Below are positions 11,176 to 22,353 of a DNA stretch of 64,000 nt, piece after piece. The translations under genes were made by a program, and so were the position numbers. The stretch is from Azolla caroliniana (taxonomy: Eukaryota > Plantae > Polypodiophyta): positions 4,278,001-4,342,000 of the forward strand of contig JBHGNT010000014.1 in the NCBI GenBank assembly GCA_043228905.1, read 5' to 3'. How positions within the stretch are numbered: the first letter of the stretch is position 1; the number at the start of each line of letters is the position of its first letter. A model generated the notes under the pieces. It saw only the letters and a list, made by a program, of their open reading frames with translations, ran no database searches and was not told the origin of the DNA.

Positions 11176-14100
11176 ATGGCTGCAGAGAATGCGGGCCAAA
11201 TAGTTACAGAGAAACTAGATAAAAACAATTTCCCGGCGTGGAAATTTAGAATGACAAATTTCCTAATGGGGAAAGGATACTGGGATTACATTGAAGGAGA
11301 CCTAGAAGAGGCTCCGGAGATCCCAGAAGAAAATGCCACAGCAGCACAGATTAAAGCATTCAAAGATTGGAATCAAGGGGCAAGGAAGGTAATGCATTGG
11401 CTCTCACTTAGCATCTCAGATTCGATGCTTGGGCACATACAGGATGCTATGCTCCCAAAAGAAGCTTGGGACAGTTTGGTAAAACTGTTTGCAGTAAACA
11501 CAAAAGCTAGAAAGCTACAGTTGAAGACTGAGCTAAATACCTTAGAAAAAGGTAAGATGTCAATAAATGAGTATGCCCTAAAAATCAAGAGTATATGTGA
11601 ATCACTTGCTTCTATCAATGTGAAGATAGAAGATGATGACAAAGTGGAAATATGCTTAAGAGGCTTAGGACCTCAATACAAGAGTTTTAAAACTTCTATG
11701 CTCACAAGGGATAGTATCCCAAGTTTTTCAGATCTGGTCTCAATGCTTGTGGTAGAGGAAAGGAATCAGATGGATGATGCAAATAAAGGAAACTCAGAGA
11801 ACGAGGGGCAAGCCCTCTATAATAATGCCGGAAGAGGCCGAGGAAGAGGCCATGGAAGATTTGGCTCAGGAAGAACCAATAATAATGGCTTTCAAGGAAG
11901 AGGACAACAAGCTCATAGAGGAGGAAACAACAACAGAGGCAGGGGGAGCAACCGAGGTAGAGGTAAGCAAACTTATGTAAATGATGATGGCTGTTGGTAT
12001 TGTGGTAAACCAGGCCATACACAGGCTGAATGTTACAAGAAACAAAATGATGAGAAAAGAGGAAAAGGACAACAGAGTAACTATGCCTCTACTAGTGAAG
12101 ATTGTGAAAAGGAAGGTGTTTTTGTAGTGCAACATGAGATAGCAGCAGTGGCTGAAAGCTCACAGAAATGTAATGAAGAGTTTACGTGGTATGTAGACTC
12201 GGGGGCATCTAACCATATGACTGGACATGCAAATTGGTTTGAGAGTTTAAGAGAACCAGAGGTTCCTGGTTATGTACAAACAGGTGATGACACAACTCAC
12301 CAAATAAAACATGTTGGAGATATCCCATTGTGGGAAGAAAGAGGAAAAACCAAGTATATGTTGGATGTGATGCATGTTCCAAATCTTGCTAAGAATCTGA
12401 TTTCTGTTGGACAGATAGTAGAGCAAGGTATGCAAGTAAAGTTTAAGCCAAGTGGATGCTATATAGAAAAGAATGGGAAGCTCATTGCAAAAGGGAAGAG
12501 ACAAGGAAGAATGTTTATCTTGGATGTAGAAATGCCCAAACAGATTTCAGCCATGTTTGCAAATGGAACGAGTGTAATCTCAGATGTGGAAATGTGGCAT
12601 AAAAGGATTGGCCATATAAGTATGCAAACATTAAAGAATATGTTGAGAAAAGATGCAGTGGCTGGACTGCCAAACTTGAAAAAGTGTGAAATGGGAAAAG
12701 TATGTGAAGCATGTCAATATGGTAAGCAAAACAGGTTGCCATTCCCTCATGAGAGACATGTAAGCAAAAATCTGTTGGATTTGGTACATACAGATGTATG
12801 GGGACCAACAAAGAATGCATCTATTGGTGGATGCAGATTTTATGTTACATTTATTGATGATTGTTCACGGAAGACATGGGTGTACTTCATGAAGGAGAAA
12901 AGTGAAGTATTTGACTGTTTTCGTAAGTTTAAATGCATGGTAGAAAAGCAGGCTGGTACTAGGATAAAATGTTTGAGATCTGATGGAGGAGGAGAGTATT
13001 TCTCCAATGAATTTTCTGATTTTTTGTGTAATCAGGGAATAAGAAGACAGTTCACATGCCGATATACTCCACAGCAAAATGGAGTTGCTGAGAGGAAAAA
13101 CAGAACTTTGGTGAACATAGCAAGGGCAATGATGACTGAGAAGAACATGCCATTATACTATTGGGCAGAAGCTGTAAATACAGCAAATTACATTTTAAAT
13201 AGATGTATTACATCAGGAGTACATGAGGCAACTCCTGAAGAGTGTTTTTATGGCAGGAAGCCTAGCTTACAACACTTGAAAGTGTTTGGATGCCTTGCAT
13301 ATGTACATGTGCCTGCAGAAGTAAGAAGTAAGTTGGATCCAAAGGCAGAAAAATGTATCTTTGTTGGATATTCAGAAGAACAAAAAGGGTACAGATGTTA
13401 TAACCCTGTGACTAAAAAGATTGTGACAAGTCGAGATGTGATATTTGATGAGTTGGCTAGTTGGTATAGTCCAAAACAGAATCCAGAGACTGATGAAGAC
13501 AATGAGATTGAAGACAAAGACAAATCTGAAAATGTAGAAGACTGCCACAGAGATGGAAGCAAGGTTGGACAGCAAAGTCCAACATCAACAGAATGTTCTG
13601 GACCATCAAAAAGCTCAGATGGTAAATCTGATTCAAATTCATGGAGTGGAAAAACTGGACAGAAAAAATCTGATGACAAAAAAGGAAAACAGAAAATGCC
13701 AGAGTATGAAATCCCGGATGACCTATCAAAAAACATGGAAGATGAAGATTCAGATATGTCTTTGGATGATTTCCTTGGAATACAGGAAATGAAAATCCCT
13801 GGTATGGAAAAGGCAATAAAGAATGCAAATCAGAAACTGAGAAGATCAGATAGAGAGAAAAAGACTGTAGAAAGATTTGGGTATGATACATACATGGCTA
13901 TGCATTATGCATACATGTCTAAGGTAGTACAGATCCCTGACCCAAACAGCTTCGAAGAAGCAAAATCTGAGAAGAAATGGATGGATGCAATGCAAGAAGA
14001 GATTGATGCATTGGCTGAGAACAAAACGTGGGATTTAGTGAAGTTACCAAAAGAGAAAAATGTGGTAGGCTGCAAATGGGTCTACAAGACAAAGCATGAC

Positions 14101-15522
14101 TCCAATGGGAATGTAAGTAGACATAAAGCAAGATTGGTTGCAAAAGGATATGCTCAGATGCAAGGGATTGATTATGATGAGACTTTTGCACCGGTTGCAA
14201 AGATGGCAACCTTGAGAACACTACTTGCTGTAGGAGCAGCCAGAAAATGGATTTTGCATCACATGGATGTAAAAAATGCTTTTTTACATGGTAACTTGGA
14301 AGAAGAAGTGTATATGAGTCAACCACCAGGTTTTGAAGATAAGAAACAACCTGATTATGTATGTAAGCTGAAAAAAGCTCTCTATGGACTGAAACAGGCA
14401 CCAAGAGCATGGCACAGAGAACTTTCAGATTCTCTGAAAAATCTTGGTTTCAAAATGTCAAAAGCTGATCCTTCTTTGTATGTAAAAAGTGAAAATGATT
14501 GCATTGTTATTATTCTGATTTATGTAGATGATTTGATTATTGGAGGAGATTCCGTGGATGAAATAAGAAAGTTGAAAAAAAATCTGGAAATGCAGTTTCA
14601 TATGAAAGATTTGGGAGATCTGAGATATTTTCTTGGTATTGAAATCATCAGATCTGAAAGTGGTATATGTATGTTGCAAAAACAGTATGCAACAACTATG
14701 TTGAAAAAGTATGGTATGCTTGGATGCAAACCTATTGCTGTACCACTTGATAAAAACTGCAAGTTGAGGGCTGATTTGGGAGCCAAGATAGAAGATGTAA
14801 ACATGTACAGGTCTATGGTGGGCAGCCTTATTTATTTGACTATAACAAGACCTGGTTTGAGCTATGCTGTTGGATTAGTCAGCCAGTTTATGCAACAGCC
14901 AACAAAGCCACATTTGGACTGCATTAGAAGAATTCTGAGGTATGTAAAAGCTACTCAGAACTATGGATTGTTTTACAGGGCTGATTTGGACATAAATCTG
15001 GAAGGATATACAGATGTTGATTGGGCTGGAAGCCAAACAGACAGGAGATCCACAAGTGGATATATCTTTACATTGGGAAGTGCAGGTATTTCATGGAGTA
15101 GCAAGAAACAGGCTACTGTTGCATTGTCTAGTACTGAAGCTGAGTACAGAGGAGCTGCCATAGCCACTTGTGAAGAGGTATGGATTAGAAGATTGCTTGC
15201 TGATTTGGGAGAGTATATAGACGGTACTGTCACAATCTGCTGTGACAACATGAGCAGCATTCAACTTGCAAAGAACCCTGTGTTCCATGCAAGAACAAAG
15301 CACATTGAAGTGCATTATCACTTTGTTAGAGAAAAAGTGATTGAAGGAGAAGTTGATCTGGTGTATGTGAATACAAATCAGCAGGTTGCTGATATTCTCA
15401 CAAAGGGATTGAGTGTGGAAAAGCATACACAGTTTCGGAACATGATGGGAGTTGTAGATATTGATATGATGGCTGAAAAGCATCATGAAAAAGAAGTTGT
15501 AGATAACCCCAAGAAAAGATAA
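11176..15522 (+). CDS. Copia Gag-Pol polyprotein (gag, zinc knuckle, protease, integrase, RT, RNase H), ~1448 aa from the first ATG
   Basis: Motifs: CWYCGKPGHTQAEC knuckle; WYVDSGASNHM protease; HKRIGH..CEAC, HTDVWGP, RSDGGGEY and NGVAER integrase; YVDDL RT; YTD/EAEY/CDN/VADILTK RNase H. The ORF track starts at a TTG at 11164. Confidence 0.96.
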   Translation: MAAENAGQIVTEKLDKNNFPAWKFRMTNFLMGKGYWDYIEGDLEEAPEIPEENATAAQIKAFKDWNQGARKVMHWLSLSISDSMLGHIQDAMLPKEAWDSLVKLFAVNTKARKLQLKTELNTLEKGKMSINEYALKIKSICESLASINVKIEDDDKVEICLRGLGPQYKSFKTSMLTRDSIPSFSDLVSMLVVEERNQMDDANKGNSENEGQALYNNAGRGRGRGHGRFGSGRTNNNGFQGRGQQAHRGGNNNRGRGSNRGRGKQTYVNDDGCWYCGKPGHTQAECYKKQNDEKRGKGQQSNYASTSEDCEKEGVFVVQHEIAAVAESSQKCNEEFTWYVDSGASNHMTGHANWFESLREPEVPGYVQTGDDTTHQIKHVGDIPLWEERGKTKYMLDVMHVPNLAKNLISVGQIVEQGMQVKFKPSGCYIEKNGKLIAKGKRQGRMFILDVEMPKQISAMFANGTSVISDVEMWHKRIGHISMQTLKNMLRKDAVAGLPNLKKCEMGKVCEACQYGKQNRLPFPHERHVSKNLLDLVHTDVWGPTKNASIGGCRFYVTFIDDCSRKTWVYFMKEKSEVFDCFRKFKCMVEKQAGTRIKCLRSDGGGEYFSNEFSDFLCNQGIRRQFTCRYTPQQNGVAERKNRTLVNIARAMMTEKNMPLYYWAEAVNTANYILNRCITSGVHEATPEECFYGRKPSLQHLKVFGCLAYVHVPAEVRSKLDPKAEKCIFVGYSEEQKGYRCYNPVTKKIVTSRDVIFDELASWYSPKQNPETDEDNEIEDKDKSENVEDCHRDGSKVGQQSPTSTECSGPSKSSDGKSDSNSWSGKTGQKKSDDKKGKQKMPEYEIPDDLSKNMEDEDSDMSLDDFLGIQEMKIPGMEKAIKNANQKLRRSDREKKTVERFGYDTYMAMHYAYMSKVVQIPDPNSFEEAKSEKKWMDAMQEEIDALAENKTWDLVKLPKEKNVVGCKWVYKTKHDSNGNVSRHKARLVAKGYAQMQGIDYDETFAPVAKMATLRTLLAVGAARKWILHHMDVKNAFLHGNLEEEVYMSQPPGFEDKKQPDYVCKLKKALYGLKQAPRAWHRELSDSLKNLGFKMSKADPSLYVKSENDCIVIILIYVDDLIIGGDSVDEIRKLKKNLEMQFHMKDLGDLRYFLGIEIIRSESGICMLQKQYATTMLKKYGMLGCKPIAVPLDKNCKLRADLGAKIEDVNMYRSMVGSLIYLTITRPGLSYAVGLVSQFMQQPTKPHLDCIRRILRYVKATQNYGLFYRADLDINLEGYTDVDWAGSQTDRRSTSGYIFTLGSAGISWSSKKQATVALSSTEAEYRGAAIATCEEVWIRRLLADLGEYIDGTVTICCDNMSSIQLAKNPVFHARTKHIEVHYHFVREKVIEGEVDLVYVNTNQQVADILTKGLSVEKHTQFRNMMGVVDIDMMAEKHHEKEVVDNPKKR

Positions 15523-15531
15523 GTTGCGCTT

Positions 15532-15540
15532 GAGGGGGAG
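15532..15540 (+). promoter_or_regulatory. Polypurine tract
   Basis: GAGGGGGAG abuts the TG of the 3' LTR. Confidence 0.93.
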
Positions 15541-16008
15541 TGTTGAGAAGCAAGCTCAACATGGTATGCGATGCTTATTGGGAAATAAGCTATAGTAGCT
15601 ATTTAGCTACTAGTGAACAAAAAGGTAAAACAGCTATTTAGCTAGTGACAGCTAATTAGCTAGTGAACAACTATTTAGCGACTGACAGCTAATTAGCTAC
15701 TGGCAGCTAATTAGCTGCATGTGTAATAACTTATGACTTAGGTAAAAGTAAGTGAGAGTGAATAGGAAGTAAGTAGTAAGAAAAAAACAGAGAATAGTGA
15801 GTAGAGAACTCTGAGAGAGAGTGAGAGACCAGAAGACTGACGAGAGCAAGTTGAGCTCTACATGTAATAGAAGAAAACCATTTTGCTACTACTGAGGTAA
15901 GTCCCCTTTCCTTTCTCTGTCTGTTTAGAGCACGCTAACGATCCAGCACACTATGATCCGCCGCGCACATAAGAAGAGCCCGAGTGCCTTCTTCACGTTT
16001 TCTTAACA
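15541..16008 (+). repeat. 3' LTR of the intact Copia
   Basis: Direct repeat of 10569-11036. Confidence 0.98.
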
Positions 16009-16049
16009 CTATATACCGAACATATGTAGGAAAAGATAGATCAAATTGA

Positions 16050-19000
16050 GACAGACACAAAGATGACCCACAAAGTATAAATGTATTTGACTCCGACTCA
16101 TCCCGTTTGAGGTCGGCCAAGAGATTGACCCTTTGCTCTTGTTCTTCCCTTATCTCATTTTCCAAGATGGTCTTGTGTGATGGTTTGGCCATCACTACCT
16201 CTTGTTCATCTGGCTGGTGATTCGTCTCCTCTTGTAGTAATTTTTTGATTGCCTTGCTATGGGTCTAGATGAGAGAGGCGATTTGCTCTGTCAAGTCTTT
16301 TCGGAGCATTAGGACTCTACTTTTGTCCAGCTTGAAATATCTACGACCCTCTTTTTGTCGATTGTCGTGGTTGGCCCAAAAAATTTGCAATTCGATTGCT
16401 TGTGCTGACCACATGTTCCATCCTCTAGAGAGGGTATCAGTAACCTGGGAGTACAATCATAGTCGGTGTTTGAAGATTAGAGCTTTAATCTGCGTTTTTT
16501 CCATCTCGCTCTTCACTCGGCATTCCTGTAAGTCGCTTTCAAATCTGGCGTGTTGAGCGTACATCTCCTCCATTTGAGCTCACATTGTATTGACTTGGGC
16601 GGTGTAGTAAGCATGTTCAACCTTGAGTTGGCGTACTAGCTCATGCTCTGCCTGTTCGATGGCGTGGAGTTCCTGACGATACCTTGCCATTTTGTCACGT
16701 TGTAGCCGATCATGGATTCAAAGGTCAAGCAGCTATTGGTGAAATTTGTTGAATTCGGCCACCAGTATGTCGTTCTTTGTCTCTAGTTTCTCGTATCTCT
16801 TCTAGGCATCCTAGAGGGCCTCCTTATGAGTGACGATTGTATCTTGCAATGACTGTTGAAAGACGGCTTGAACTGTCTTTATGGCACCTGCCATTCGGTC
16901 AGTGAGAGCCTGCAAGACTGTGGTATGCACTTCCTCTTTTAGCACGCAGGGCTTGTTCAGTATTTCGTTGTTGCTTGTCTAGGCGTTCTGCTCCTTGCAC
17001 CTCCGATGCTACATGGCTTTAGTGAACTGCCTCTTTTACTTGCAAGATTGTGTTGAATTGTGTTTGCAATTCAACCTCTTGGTGTTAAGCCGTTTGGAGG
17101 GTTGTGTCGGGATCGTAATCGACTACAACCAGTTCCTCGTATATATGTTCGGGTGCAAAGAATTGAGAGAGATAGTACTTAGACGAGAAAATGAAAAACA
17201 TAAGACTGAAAATGAGAAGATACAGAGACACAAGATCTTTTACATGGAAAACCCGAAAGGAAAAAACCACAGGGGTCAACAAACCCTAAGAAACAGAATC
17301 ACTATAATTGAGAGGAAATACAATAGTGAGAATCTTAAAGCAACGACCTATGAGTTCTCCTTTGTCAACTGGAAGACTGAAGAGTTTCTAATCTCACTCC
17401 CTCTCTCTCCCTCTCTCTTACTAGTTACAGAGGCCACTACTCATAGTAACTACTTACAACTATAATGAGTCAACTACACATAAAGTTTTCCCTAGTTGTA
17501 TTTATAAATACACAACTTTCTGGCTATTGACATACATATCCCACAAAGGCACATTTAGACTATTTACATATATGGTCTCCCGATTTCGGTTTCGACCTCG
17601 GCCGAAACACTCATAGACTCCATCTGATTTTGTTCATTCTCTTCCCATCAAGAAGGACCGGTTTCTCAACAAGTTGCTCGGAGGTGCTTGAGTTCGGCAA
17701 GGACCTCAATGTAATGTTCTTTTGCCTTTGTGGCCATCACTGTTTGCATGGCTAGGTCCTCAGTAGGGACTATTATGTCGACAGTTGTGGGGCGTGGAGT
17801 GGTTGCCACCGGTAACGGAGTTTCGGTCTAGGGAAGGAGGGTAACCGAGGTGGGTTCAGCGATGACGGATTCGGGGAGGGGGTAGAGGTGTGGTAATCTC
17901 TGGTAGCAGAGTTTTGGCTTGGGGAAGAAGGGTAGCCGAGGTGGGCTTGACGACGACAGACTTGGGGAGGGGTAGAGGCGTGGTAACCTTTGGTAGCGGA
18001 GTTTTGGCTTGGGGAAGGCCGGTAGCGGAGGTGGGTTTGGCGATGACTAAATCTGGGAAGGGCATAGATGTATTGTGGCCGGAAGTGGGGAGCGCGGGTT
18101 GTTCAGCCTGGCCATTCTCTTCGCTTGCTCCGACCTGACGCTGAAGCTTGTTATTTTTTCCTTCGGAAGCCTACCAAAGCTCCGTTTGCATCTTGGCCTA
18201 CTTGTGCGCCTCTTTGCTACTGATAGCCATATCTTTGGCCATGTGGGTCCTGTGGATCAATTCCTTGTAAGCTTCTATCAAAGCCTCTTTTCAACTTGGG
18301 TAGTTCGATGAGGAGGTGGTTACTCCTCTTTTGCCATTTTCAGCCGATTTTCTATAGAGCCATGTCCTTGTCCGATTCAAGCTCTCCTGCGATGGCCCGC
18401 TGAACCATCAGCCTATTGGCATGCTCTTCGGCCATGCATGTGACGACTACTACTTGGAGTCGAGTGAGGAAGTCAATGAGCTCATATGAAGTGCCGTTCC
18501 GCAAAATGCCTGCTAGCTGGAAAGCTTCGACTGGTAGATTTGGGAAAGCCATCACTTCATTGTCTGAAATTCGAGAGGCTTGGCCCTGTTCTACATTCCT
18601 TGTCAAGGATAGAGCCTCGTCCTTGGCAACGGCTATGGTCTTATTGGGGACGACGACGATCTGCAATTATCCTCGCTACGCCTTTGTAGCCGGCGACGCT
18701 TCTTAACGAGGCTCGGTTGTGCGAACGCCTTTTGTGTGTTTGCTGAATCTTTTCTTGGCTATTTAGGTCGATCTCAAGAGGGTTGTGTCTTGTTTTCGAC
18801 CAAAGGTTTCTTGGTCTCCTCCTAGAGTTCCTATTGAGGGCTATGCTAGGTTTGTTAGGGCTTCGCCATTGGGATTGACCACATCTCCAAAAAAGCGTTC
18901 GGCCCGCCCTGTGTGCGATAGGCCTTGGCCAAGACGGAGTAATCCCCGAAATGGGCTTCAAGGACATGTTGGGGCGGAACCTCGATATCGTGATGGCCCC

Positions 19001-19175
19001 TTTGTTTCAGACCCAACACCGACCATATCTGGTCACCTGTGATGGTGTCGGGGTGCAACCACAAGCCGATTTCTTGGGCGTCAAGGTGGGGCGGTGTGTC
19101 TATAAATCTCAAGTATCCAACTAGGTTGTGCATGCTCAGCCAGGTCTAGAGCTACATGGAGACTTCAAGCGACAT
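16050..19175 (-). pseudogene. Large decayed extra ORF of unknown function downstream of a Gypsy pol remnant, interrupted by a solo LTR
   Basis: Collinear minus-strand fragments at 18855-19133, 18352-18666, 17856-18065 (Pro/Thr repeat) and 16265-16456. An in-frame ATG at 19175 has a pyrimidine-rich leader and TATAAAA (~19315-19321) upstream. The 3' end is approximate. Confidence 0.6.
17105..17671 (-). mobile_element. Solo LTR (567 bp) of a Tnt1/Tork-like Copia family
   Basis: TG...CA ends with flanks GGTTG/AGTTG. Its reverse complement resembles the LTR starting at 22354. Confidence 0.8.
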
Positions 19176-19859
19176 GTTGGGCTCGGGAGATTGAGAGTAA
19201 GGAATAGAGAGGAAGGTTCTCTATAAAGAGCGAGAAGGTCAAGAGCTCAAGGAGAAAGCTTGAAGGCTAAGTGCTTCTATGTGTAAGTGAATGCTAGGCC
19301 TATGTGGAACTGCTTTTTATAGATGATGTTGTTCTCGATGTGCGGCCTTGTGCCCTAGATTCAAAATCTTCCCTGCCATTCCTTCCATTAATTCCATGCG
19401 TCGGAAATTATCTGTACTTTCTTTTCCTTGCTAGGTGTGCATGCTCTTTAATACTCAAATTAGTGGGCCTTTTTTTCGCACTTAATATACAATGAATGTA
19501 CATATTCGGATAGGTGGGGTGGTTACCGTAATTGGGGCGACGTGCCCCCGTCAGCTGCGGTGTCACCTACCTCGGGCTGACCGTGGTCGTGTAATTTGTC
19601 TGAAAATGGGTTGGTTCGGGTATGGCAGAGGTATAGCTTCAATCAGAACCCGTTGACCCATTTCAACATGATTTCTCCAGCTAATGTCTCGAGTTGAAAG
19701 GTGTCGTTTAACTTGTCGATAATCTAGAACGGACTTGTCCCTCAAAACCGGAGCATCCCCGGAATCGAGCCGAGCCGAGTTTGAAAAGCCAAAACTACCT
19801 TGCCGATTTCAAATAATTTCTCGTTCCCTTTTCAATGAAGATCGACAAGCGCTTTATGC

Positions 19860-20437
19860 CGCAGTTGACTGTGCTCCAGATAGTTTATACTAGCAAGCCG
19901 ATCTTCTCCAAGTTCGAGTAGTTGTTTGAGTTGTTTCTGTTATGACTCGGTTTCGGGGAGTCGTTCCGAAATCTGCACACGTAAGCTTGCACTTGGAATT
20001 CTATCGGCAAGAAGGCTTCTAATCCGAATGCCAACCGAAAAAGCGTGAACTTAATTCTAGTCTTGAATGTAGTGTGATAAGCCCAAAGCATGTTGTGCAG
20101 CTTGTCATCCTAGCCGCAAAAACACCCCACTCAGTCACGAATGCTGTCTTTTCTTGGTCCTCGGGGTGGATTCAAATCTGATTGTATCCACTGAACCCAT
20201 CCAAAAAGTTGTACCTCTCGTGGCTTGCCACTACGTCCACTACGTCATCCGTAAAAGCACTTGGGAAAATGCATTAGTAATTGTTTCTGTATTCAATTTC
20301 CGATAATCGACATACACCCGAATTTTTCCATTTGTCTTCGGAACGATGATGATTGGGCTAAGCCACGTGACACGTTTTACGGGCCGAATGAACCCAACTC
20401 GGGGGAGTTTATCAATTTCTTCTTTGACCTTCGCCAC
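19860..20437 (-). pseudogene. Gypsy pol remnant (RT N-terminus joined by deletion to integrase C-terminus)
   Basis: KVKEEIDKL..WLSPIIIVPK..VDYRKLN (20240-20437) and LWAYHTTFKT..FGLEA (19885-20091). It is related to the element at 1-5520. Confidence 0.85.
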
Positions 20438-22353
20438 TATCGGGATGTGGTGTGTTTAGTGCGACAAAAAGTGAAAAAGTGAGGATACACACATATTTTA
20501 CAAATACTTGTGTAAATGAAAATAAATCAATAATAAATAAACATAGGGCCTAATGACATTGAGTACGTATAAAGGGGTGCAAGTATTGTCTCTTACCTTA
20601 CACCTCCAAGGTAAGAGACAATAAACATAGGGCCTATTGACATTTGAACCTTACACCTCCAAGGTAAGAGACAATTGATTTTGTATATTTTCTTATCATA
20701 TTCAATATTCCATAGGAAACAAACGTATAAAAATGTCACAATCATGGAGAGACCTATAAAAGCCTCTAGTTGGGCTTGTGTAAGGGGGGTTTCAATTTGG
20801 AGATCATCATCATCAATCATATAGTATTCTTCTTATTCTTCTTCTCAAATATAAAAATCTTTGTTCTTTTCAAGTGTGACATTGGTTTCCTTGACTCTTA
20901 TGTTCACATCGTCATCTTTTGGAGAAATTTGTGAACGTCCTCCCTAGTCCAAGACCCCGGTGGTCTCGCTCAACGAAAGCACAACTGCGCGCGAATCTTC
21001 ACAACATCATTTGGTGAACCCGGCATGAAGAGAGGTAGGGGAGGATGAAGCTGAACGAAGAATATCTCATGAAAGCAATGTCAAAAACGATAGAATTTTC
21101 AAGAAAAGGGAAAAGAGGAGATGCGACCCAACAATCCGTCGACAGTGTGCTCAGTGAATCAGATAATTCCATGGGGGTGAAGTGCAAAATTTTGTAAGGG
21201 CCTACAATGCCGAGATGGATTCGAGAGATGTGAACGAAGCAATGAGGCTGGAGTACTTTTGTCGAGCGTCAAAAAGCTCATGATTCATGGGTGTCCTTCA
21301 AAGAAGCTTTACAAGAGGCATATGGTTATGAAGAGTCGAAGGGATGAGGTCTATACGATGAAGACCCACCAGAGTGCTATGCATGCATTCGTTGAGTTTG
21401 AGTGTCGCTTTGCTCAACTCTCGGAGTAGGATCAAGGATTGGTGAAGGCAAATAAAGTCTTAATGTTTGTAAAGTCGATTTATCGGAAGGAAAGGAAGGC
21501 CATTGGAATCCAACTCGAGGATGACGATGGTCTGAATGGCCTCACCGAAAATTGGGCCGAAGTGAAAAGCGTATGCCAACGACATGTTAAAGGAAGATGG
21601 GAATCTTGTCGACAATGTCACTGTCCATGAGGGATGATCAAAGGAGGATAAGATGTGGCAACACTACACCACCGAAGGAAGAGAGCTCAAAGAGGGAAAA
21701 TTCAACGACACTGAACATAGAAGCCTTAATGAGAGAAGCATTTGAGAACATAAAGGTGCAAGTCGAGGTTGAAGATAAGCTTAAAATGGAGCCAAATTGG
21801 AGGTAAATGATGATTGAGGAAGAAGAGACCTCCCAACAAACGGGGATTAATGATGCGGTTGATATGACGGCCAAGGTTTAGTGCGATAGTATGACGTAGA
21901 AGGTGTGGAACACTTCATCTTCTCATCTTGTGGAGAAACGATGGCCAAGGATGAGGCCGATGACTCGAGGATGGTGAATGCCACTTCAAGGGAGGACAAA
22001 TGTTTCGGACCACACATCGTGTTTAAAACATTGGGTGATGAAGGAGCAAGCCTAATAGAAGCTGAAATGATGAAGGAGGATAAAGAGTACGAGGACGGCG
22101 TGATTGAGGAGGTAACCACGAAAAACGACATCAAGGAGGTGGCAATGGACAACACAGCAAAGGAGATCGACCAAAGGCATATGGAATCCTCCACACTTGT
22201 TCCATAGACTTGGGCAGTTGCGTCTGAGAAACAACATGATACCCAAGAGATGGAAGGTGGCGACGAGGAAGCGAAGATGGGAGCTGATGCACGTGACAAG
22301 GACATAGCCATGGACAACGACATTGAGTCTAAGGAGTTAGAGATGGCTATGAA
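20438..22353 (+). mobile_element. tRNA-Trp-primed gag-type LTR element, copy 1 (5' LTR plus decayed gag; interrupted)
   Basis: LTR ~20438-21006 ends CTTCACAACA, followed by PBS TGGTGAACCCGGCATGAA at 21012. The gag fragment LEDDDGLNGLTENWAEV is homologous to copies 2 and 3. Confidence 0.75.

Larger units (their letters stand above)
10569..16008 (+). mobile_element. Full-length, young Ty1/Copia LTR retrotransposon
   Basis: LTRs 10569-11036 and 15541-16008 (468 bp each, TG...CA, 3 transitions by eye), perfect TSD CTATA (10564-10568 / 16009-16013), PBS, PPT and an uninterrupted ORF. Confidence 0.98.

Noticed and set aside
11373-15486. Many short antisense ORFs inside the intact Copia
   Set aside because: They are shadow frames of the long sense ORF with no independent signals.
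16050-19175. Host gene or env gene
   Set aside because: There is no exon/intron structure, it is decayed like the surrounding TEs, and the fragments show no evident signal peptide or transmembrane helix. It is kept as an unassigned extra ORF.
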